The position numbers were made by a program, and so were the translations under genes. This document shows positions 36,458 to 44,851 of a stretch of 44,851 nucleotides of DNA, piece after piece; position 1 is the stretch's first letter; every line of letters starts with the position of its first letter. Origin of the DNA: Octopus bimaculoides (Eukaryota); contig NC_068982.1 of the NCBI RefSeq assembly GCF_001194135.2, forward strand, positions 53,380,013-53,424,863. Direction: 5' to 3'. The notes beneath the pieces were generated by a model. It did no database searches. It was not told the DNA's origin and saw only the letters and a program-made list of their open reading frames with translations.

Positions 36458-38331
36458 TCATAAACACACACACTCACATATACATATGCAGTGCGTCTGT
36501 AAGTGATCTTTATAAATAAACCAAAATCAGAAAAACATGACAAATAAGGTTAACTCAGCAGAGAATATTGGATAACATCAGATCATTTTTACATGGACTC
36601 CATTAACTGGAAAGAAGTTGATTGATGGATCACAACTTTAATAAAAGCAATAAACTGTAAAGATAGTTTATGAACTCGCTATATATATAAATATATATAT
36701 ATATATATACCAGTGAAGGAACAAGCGATCTGTAAGTAGCACTCAACACGTATAGTTGGAATTGTATTTATTGAGTAACAGGTTGACTTAGCTCCTCATG
36801 TTACTTAAAAAACAGCACGACTAGCTCCTCGGACTTTTGTGTGTATATGTGTGTGTGTATATATATGTATGTGTGTGAGTGTGTGTATATATATGAATGT
36901 GTGTGAGTGTGTGTATGTATGTGTGCGTGCGTGCGTCTGTGTATAGCCACCTAAATACGAACTAGTGAATATTATGAATGACAGAGACAGATGAAAAGAA
37001 CTAAATTTGATATTGTAGTCTTTATTTCGTGGCATTGCAGCATGAAGTTGTTGAGAGATGAGTGTGTGGGTTGTGTGTATGATGTGTGTGTGTATCCGTG
37101 TATGTGTGTGTGTGTGTGTGTGTGTGCACGTGCTTGCATACACACAAACCCACTCACATACAATATATAAACATACATATATATTATGTGTGTATGTTTG
37201 TGTACATAGATATTAACATGAGGCAGGGTGGGGGGGGGAGAAGAGGAGAAATAGGATTGGATGAGGTAGGGGATGAGTGAGTAAACGAAGAAATAAAGAA
37301 GATGAACAGGGGGGGAGGAAAGAAAGAGTAAGTGAAACGAAAAGAGAAACATTTGTTTTCAATTAACGGTCTGTATGACAGAATAATAAAACAATAGTGA
37401 GTCTGTTTCGATCACGAGTCGTGTATTGCTACTTTGTTTAATATCATTATGAATAGCAAACCGAAATANNNNNNNNNNNNNNNNNNNNNNNNNNNNNNNN
37501 NNNNNNNNNNNNNNNNNNNNNNNNNNNNNNNNNNNNNNNNNNNNNNNNNNNNNNNNNNNNNNNNNNNNNNNNNNNNNNNNNNNNNNNNNNNNNNNNNNNN
37601 NNNNNNNNNNNNNNNNNNNNNNNNNNNNNNNNNNNNNNNNNNNNNNNNNNNNNNNNNNNNNNNNNNNNNNNNNNNNNNNNNNNNNNNNNNNNNNNNNNNN
37701 NNNNNNNNNNNNNNNNNNNNNNNNNNNNNNNNNNNNNNNNNNNNNNNNNNNNNNNNNNNNNNNNNNNNNNNNNNNNNNNNNNNNNNNNNNNNNNNNNNNN
37801 NNNNNNNNNNNNNNNNNNNNNNNNNNNNNNNNNNNNNNNNNNNNNNNNNNNNNNNNNNNNNNNNNNNNNNNNNNNNNNNNNNNNNNNNNNNNNNNNNNNN
37901 NNNNNNNNNNNNNNNNNNNNNNNNNNNNNNNNNNNNNNNNNNNNNNNNNNNNNNNNNNNNNNNNNNNNNNNNNNNNNNNNNNNNNNNNNNNNNNNNNNNN
38001 NNNNNNNNNNNNNNNNNNNNNNNNNNNNNNNNNNNNNNNNNNNNNNNNNNNNNNNNNNNNNNNNNNNNNNNNNNNNNNNNNNNNNNNNNNNNNNNNNNNN
38101 NNNNNNNNNNNNNNNNNNNNNNNNNNNNNNNNNNNNNNNNNNNNNNNNNNNNNNNNNNNNNNNNNNNNNNNNNNNNNNNNNNNNNNNNNNNNNNNNNNNN
38201 NNNNNNNNNNNNNNNNNNNNNNNNNNNNNNNNNNNNNNNNNNNNNNNNNNNNNNNNNNNNNNNNNNNNNNNNNNNNNNNNNNNNNNNNNNNNNNNNNNNN
38301 NNNNNNNNNNNNNNNNNNNNNNNNNNNNNNN

Positions 38332-38363
<32 letters not shown>

Positions 38364-38404
38364 ATATGTATGTATGTATGTATATGTATATATATGTATG
38401 TATG

Positions 38405-38532
38405 TATACGACAGGACTCATTCAGTTTCCGGCCACCAAATCAATTCACAAAGCTATGGTCAGCCCAAAGTTGCTTCGCAGTGGAACTGAATCCATGTGG
38501 GAAACAAACCAGACAGTTGTACCTGCGCCTAC
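38405..38532 (-). mobile_element. SINE family B, deleted 5' half
   Basis: tacgacaggactcattcagtttccggccaccaaatc..cgcagtggaactgaatcc..cctgcgcct. Confidence 0.75.
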
Positions 38533-39509
38533 GTACATAATTACTGCAAAAAGTCAAAAAAGGGTATCCAAAAGTGAACTGTGAATATCAAAAGCGCTAT
38601 TAGAAAAGAAATTGTACGTAAAAGAGACAATACTGTAAATAATTGTGTTGGTAGAGACTTTTAGCAAAGCGAAAGAAAATATCAAAATTAGGTGCGTAAG
38701 AATAAAAGCGGAAATGAGAACGAAGTAATTATTAAGAAGTGGAAGTGGGAGCAAAGTAGAAAGAGGAGAACAAAGAGGTGCAGGAGGAAGAGTGAAAGGA
38801 AGAACAAGTTTGTGCTTACAGAAACGCGGACGGCAGCATACAATACGTAGGGAGTTATGTTGGGTAGGAAAAACGGCAAGCGTATATATTGTTAAATATA
38901 TTTATGTTCGTGAATAAGAGGTCATTATCATTTCCGGTGGATGTCAGTTTTAAGAAAAGAAAATATTAAGAAGGATAGTAATAATAGTTAAAATGCATTT
39001 GTATGACGATTGTAACAGATATACCGCAGCAGACTTTGTGAATACGGGCTTGTAAAATAGGTTCACCTTCAGGGGATGTGAGAAAAATGTTCCAACGGAT
39101 ATCGTCACTTCAGACTTTGTGAAAAAGCTAAAACTTGGCATACCGGTGAAGATGTAAAAGATGTCAGAAATTCAGAATATGCGAAAACTATGTTTTGGAC
39201 GCCTTATGTTCTGTGTATATGTGTGAGGTTATCTGCATTCGTCTGTCAGCTTATATATGTATTTAACCATTCGAACATTAATACTTATATATATATGCAA
39301 GCATGCATACATACATACAAACATACATTCATGCATGTACGCATACATACATATATACATAAAGCAAAACATACAAATCTAAACGTACGCATACATGCAT
39401 ACATAAACACACACACACACACATACATAGTACATACATAGTACATACATAGTACATACATAGTACATACATAGTACATACATACATACATACATACAAA
39501 CGTACATAC

Positions 39510-40015
39510 AAAAATACCCTGTTGTTGATGTTGAAATTCCAATGAAGAAGCCTTCGATCTAGGTTAGAAACCGACTCTTTCTCTATTGGCAAGAAATCTT
39601 GAAATATAATTGGCTAATGACATACATACATACATACATACATACATACATACATACGTACATACATACATACATACATACATACATACATACATACATA
39701 CAAAAATACCCTGTTGTTGATGTTGAAATTCCAATGAAGAAGCCTTCGATCTAGGTTAGAAACCGACTCTTTCTCTATTGGCAAGAAATCTTGAAATATA
39801 ATTGGCTAATGAAATACATACATACATACATACACACGCATACACACATACATACATACATACATACATACGTACATACATACATACATACATACATACA
39901 AACATACAAAAATACCCTGTTGTTGATGTTGAAATTCCAAATGAAGAAGCCTTCGATCTAGGTTAGAAACCGGTTCTTTATTGGCAAAAAATCTTGAAAT
40001 AAAACTGAATAATGA
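39510..40015 (+). repeat. Tandem array of three ~105-110 bp units separated by (CATA)n spacers
   Basis: Units start at 39510, 39702 and 39908 with aaaaataccctgttgttgatgttgaaattcc..; periods are 192 and 206 bp. Confidence 0.97.
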
Positions 40016-40316
40016 CATCCATACATACATTCATACATACATACACATTGAAATTATCTTCCTTAGTTACAAATCATAAATATGTGTATATAAATACAAA
40101 TGTATACATTTGTGGATATACATACAGAAACAAAAACATGCACTCACAGTTACATGCATATGTGAGTATGTATGTATATGTGCGCATGTGCAGAAGGACC
40201 TTTATTTATTTATTTATTTATGGTTTTAGGTATGATGTATGTTCTTGAAAATAAAAGCTTCAAATATTTGAGTATACATGAGTCAATAATGTGTATACGA
40301 AAATGCGTTTACGTAT

Positions 40317-40317
40317 G

Positions 40318-40364
<47 letters not shown>

Positions 40365-40369
40365 GTTTG

Positions 40370-40449
<80 letters not shown>

Positions 40450-40500
40450 TCTATCTGTGTCTGTCTGTCTGTCTGTTTGTATCTATCTGTCTATCTATAT
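40317..40500. repeat. (TCTA)n/(TCTG)n compound microsatellite
   Basis: Read directly from the sequence. Confidence 0.97.
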
Positions 40501-40708
40501 ACGAACACACACGCGCGCGCGCATGCGTACATATGTGAATACATACGTGTTTGTATAATGACATATAACTGAACCAGCAAGTACGGTGATTTACGTACCG
40601 AAATTCTCTTGGGGAACATATCTGCATAAATTTATAAACGTGAACGTGCATATCAAAATAACGGATATTCCTGTCAAATAGTTTGATAGTAATATATTTT
40701 ATGCGCAA

Positions 40709-41640
40709 GGCGGCGAGCTGGCAGAAACGTGAGCACGTCGGGCGAAATGCTTAGCCGTATTTCGTCAGCCGTTACGTTCTGAGTTCAAATTTCGCCGAGG
40801 TCGACTTTGCCTTTCATCCTTTCGGAGTCGATAAATTAAGTACCAGTTATACACTGAGGTCGATGTAATCGACTTAATCTCTTTGTCTGTCCTTGTTTGT
40901 CCCCTGTGAGCAATAAAGAAATAAGAAACCTTAGCACGTCGGGCGAAATGCTTAGCAGTATTTTCTTGTCCTTATGCTCTGAGTTCATATTCTGCCGAGG
41001 TCGACTTTGCCTTTCTTTTCTGGGTCGATAAATTAAGAACCAGTTGTGCAATGAGGTCGATCTAATCGACTGGCCCCCTACCCCAAAATTTCGGTCCTTG
41101 TGCCTAGAGTAGAAAAGAATATATTGTATGTGTGTTTACAAAGGTAGTTTATACATTAACGTATAATAGAATGGAAAGAATACGAACATGGTTCTAATAT
41201 ATATGACCATGTGAACTGGCAGAAACATTAGCACACCGGCTTTTCGTCCGTCTTTACGTTCTAAGTTCAAATGCCACCGGTGTCAACTTTGCCTTTTATT
41301 CTTTAGGGGGTCGATAAAATAAGTGCCAGTTGAGAACTAAGGTCGATGTAATCGATTTGCATCCTCCCCCGAAATTGCGGGCCTTGTGCCAAAATTTGGA
41401 ACCAATGTGTATGACCGTGAAGACGGTGAACTGGCAGAATCGTCAGCACGTCGGACGAAATGCTTAGCCGCATTCCGTCCGTCTTTCCGTTTTGAGATGA
41501 CATTCTGCCAAGGTATACTTTGCCCTTCATCATTTCTGGATCGATAAAATAAGTACCAGTTGAGCACTGCAGTCGACAAATCGACTGACCGTATCCCCGC
41601 CACACACATTACAAACCTTGCGTCAAAATTTCAAATTAAT
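40709..41640 (+). mobile_element. Cluster of four same-orientation family A SINEs (40709-40929, 40930-41120, 41211-41406, 41422-41640)
   Basis: Each carries a core resembling gtcgactttgcctt..gtcgataaa..aagtaccag. The first copy is fused directly to a headless second copy. Confidence 0.92.
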
Positions 41641-42549
41641 GTACTAAGTAAACTTTATATTACTGCGTTGCTATCTTATATTTAAAAATTTTATTCGAGT
41701 GTATGTAATAGTTAATTACATATCAATGCATACATTCTGTAAATTTCTGGATATATGTGCAGGCTCAGATATAATGCTCCTTTTGTATGCACACTGCCTA
41801 AAACGGTGTACAGTATTCGAAAAATGCCTGTGTTAGGGTCTATTACTTCGAAAAATGCCTGTGTTAGGGTCTATTACCTCAACGCTACTCATGCTAAGCT
41901 ATATATTCTTCCTTGTATAACTGCAAAAGGAAATGTTTTAGCACGTTTATAATCTACACACGTGCAGATGTATATATTCAGAAGTGATCTGAAGCTAGTA
42001 CAAGGCGAATATTAAGGCGGCTTTACATAATAATGATTTTCAATATAAATACTTGCCCTGGATTACTTTCTGGAGGGTATAATCGTCACCAGTAGGGTGA
42101 CGATTATACCGTATGACTAAATCAATGTTTCTTAAGCTCAGCATCGCCTTTTTACAATCACCCCATTACCAGGCATTGAAATGAAAATAATAAAATAGCA
42201 GATGATTTTAATGAGACAAGCTAATTTTGTGCAGTGGCTTATCTCCATATGTTCTTATATCATCCCGTCCATCATATGCGTCCTTTCAGGTATTTGCATG
42301 AACTAGTACCCTCATGTTGGTGTTCCCTCCTTAATGATGCCCTACTTTAGTATCTTTCACAAACGTTCTACTTCCGTAGAAATACAATAAAATATTTATA
42401 GTATCCCAATTTCTGCCTGTTCAAATAAGATGTCGGTTAGGAAAACTAGGTTTTTAAGTAATCTTGCACTTTTAGCTAACTTTGCAATTAAAGTTTATGT
42501 TTGCAAGAGAGCAAATCTGAAAGGCTTTCAGAATTCTTTAAAAATCTTT

Positions 42550-43232
42550 TCTGACAGAATAAAAACGACTTCAGATTTTGGTTTACAAATGATCTCTTCT
42601 TGTATCGTTACGTTGTTTAACAATACACAGTTCATGTCAGTGTGCGAAGGTAAGGCTAGTTTGATTATAGATTATATTCAAGAAGTACTCTTAGGAAAAT
42701 ACTCCATCAAGCTCCTTCTGTCATCAACAGCTGGAGAAACCGACATCACTTTGGAAATACGTGTAGAATCTAAAGACAAAAGAACGACCATCAGTATTAC
42801 ATGGACAATATTAGATAAGCCACCTAAACTGTGGATTGGCTCATTCAGTAGAGTATTAGCAAAAAATAACTTAATGTGTTTGCTTAGTTATGAATCTTTA
42901 CGTTCTTGAGGCATTCACCAAGGGGAATTTTTATCATTTGGGGGTTATTAAAACAAATTATCAATCCCTTACAGGGGTACGTTTAATCGACGATAAACTT
43001 CCACAAATTTATGGAATTCATTAGTTAAGTTACTAGCATTTAAGAATAGTTTAAAGTTCTATCACCCGTGTCTTACAGGAGAAACTCGAAATTATTCACC
43101 ATCTTGCTTTAATCCAAAATAAAAGAAGCAAACTATTGTCTTCTTGCCGGTACATATTGGCATACATTCTCTCCCAGGAATTTTAAATTTGAGCTTTCTG
43201 ATGCACTATAAATGACAGTGAAAAACGCAGAG
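42550..43232 (+). pseudogene. Possible heavily decayed Penelope-like pol (RT thumb plus GIY-YIG) followed by an HHR relic
   Basis: Motif-like pieces in PLE order across frames: LYRYVV* (RYVDD), ITLEI (xFLDx), HGQY* (TGQY), LSIPYRG (LPYxG), VHIG (YIG), NFKF, then CTGATG-CACT..AGTG-AAAAACG-CAGAG. Every motif is imperfect. Confidence 0.35.
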
Positions 43233-43401
43233 AACGTAGTTTACAGCACTGACAGTCATTTCTCAATCGCATGGTTTACACATTCGACTAAAAGTTTGGT
43301 TGAAGAAAACTGCAATTCGGCTGCTACATAATCCGTGTAATTTACATCTAAGTAATCATACATAGATATACACGTGCACGCTAACATGCAGGCACACACG
43401 A

Positions 43402-43515
<114 letters not shown>

Positions 43516-44499
43516 GATACACACACCTATACACACATCGCACAGGAATAGGTAAGGAGAGATAGATTCTCAGTGGATAGATGGCTCATTTAGACAAATC
43601 AAGATGAACTTTGTGAAGCCCATGTGTGCCGAGCCATCACACAAACATATGTATGTATGTATGTATGATTTTTCTTTGACTTTTATTTTAGTTCTATAAA
43701 GAGTTCAAGCCGGTCGCTAACAAAGTGACAAGACGTTTTTAGTTAAGCGAGTTCCCGATGCTTGTAAACATATGTATGTATGCATGTATGTATGCATGCA
43801 TGTATGTATGTATGTATGCATTCGTGTATGTATGTATGTATGTCCTGGGTATGACTTCAGCTGCATCTGGTAGTGGGGCCTCGGTTCGAGAATTCCAGAG
43901 TTTTGAGATGTGTGCTATCACCTCTTAACTACTACAGTTTTCCAGAGCGATAACACCAGTCAAGGTTGCAACCAAGGGATAACTACCAAATGTAACGATA
44001 ATCCATTTGAACGCAGGAACGCATAAATACCCTTAGTTAGTTTCAGGATGTGCAGTAAAACCATCCAGAGTGAGGGACTCCTAGCTGTTGTCACAATATC
44101 ATTCTAGGTGAGGGACACTCTAATGTAAAACTTACGGTTTCATGTGATTAATGGTCATAACATTTCGGCCTGTCACTAGATACTAAACGCTTATCACTAT
44201 AATCTAATGACGTACATCTGTACGTCATTGGTAACCTCATTTATGGTAACCTCATTTGTCATCCCGTCTACTGAAAATCCTATGGCAATGGAACAATGGC
44301 GACGCTATGAAGAGTTAAGCAATTGGAAGCACGCAGTAAGTTACGACTTTCCTCTGTAACCTATGTTACAAACCCTGCAGATCTGCGACGGAGTCACATT
44401 GTCAGCTGAGAAGTCATGGACGGGAAGTCAGGAATGCCATTGACAACGCGAGAGCACAAGGAGACGGCAGTCCTATGCGAAAATATAGCAATCACCATG

Positions 44500-44533
<34 letters not shown>

Positions 44534-44630
44534 TGTATGTATGTATGTATGTATGTATGTATGTATGGATGGATGGATGAATGTATGTATGTGTGTTTGT
44601 GTGTTGTGTGTGTGTTGTGTGTGTGTGTGC

Positions 44631-44667
<37 letters not shown>

Positions 44668-44686
44668 TGTGTGTGTGTGTGTGGTA

Positions 44687-44851
44687 AGAGGCGCTATCAT
44701 GACTGTGTAGCAAGAAGTTTGTTTCCCAACCACATGGTTCCGGGTTCAGTCGCACTAGGCGACACTTTGAGCGAGTGCTTTCCACTGTAGCCTCGGGCCG
44801 AACAAGAAGATTTGGTAGTGAAAAAAGCTTGTCGTGAGTGTGAAAAGCCCG
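44687..44851 (+). mobile_element. SINE family B, 5' half, running off the window
   Basis: ctgtgtagcaagaagtttgtttcccaaccacatggttccgggttcagtc..tagcctcgggccgaac. Confidence 0.85.

Noticed and set aside
39510-40015. CRISPR-like repeat-spacer appearance
   Set aside because: Eukaryotic context, repeats over 100 bp, spacers made of simple (CATA)n and no cas genes.

Overview
AT-rich, non-coding animal DNA from a gapped short-read assembly (12 N-runs, most flanked by microsatellites). The repeats resemble those I recall from octopus/coleoid genomes, but that assignment is inference from memory, not a database result. I found no host exon, tRNA, rRNA or CRISPR array that I can support. Almost all supplied ORFs are artefacts of microsatellites or N-gaps. 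The window is intergenic or deep intronic and holds about 30 tRNA-derived SINE copies from several modular families, many simple repeats, and decayed retroelement pieces: a Hero-like RLE LINE 3' end, a Gypsy integrase relic, a probable solo LTR, an RTE-like tail and a probable Penelope-like (PLE) pol. The most interesting thread is hammerhead-ribozyme (HHR) sequence: (1) a near-canonical minimal type-I HHR at 8928-8962; (2) a three-copy dispersed element with an HHR-like closing helix; (3) a tandem array of three ~105-bp hairpin units separated by (CATA)n spacers, period 192-206 bp, at 39510-40015, resembling a retrozyme or PLE terminal-repeat array. Local events are also visible: a nested SINE with a TSD, a probable templated insertion, a fold-back duplication inside a SINE, and inverted SINE pairs. 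All alignments were done by eye, so repeat boundaries are approximate.
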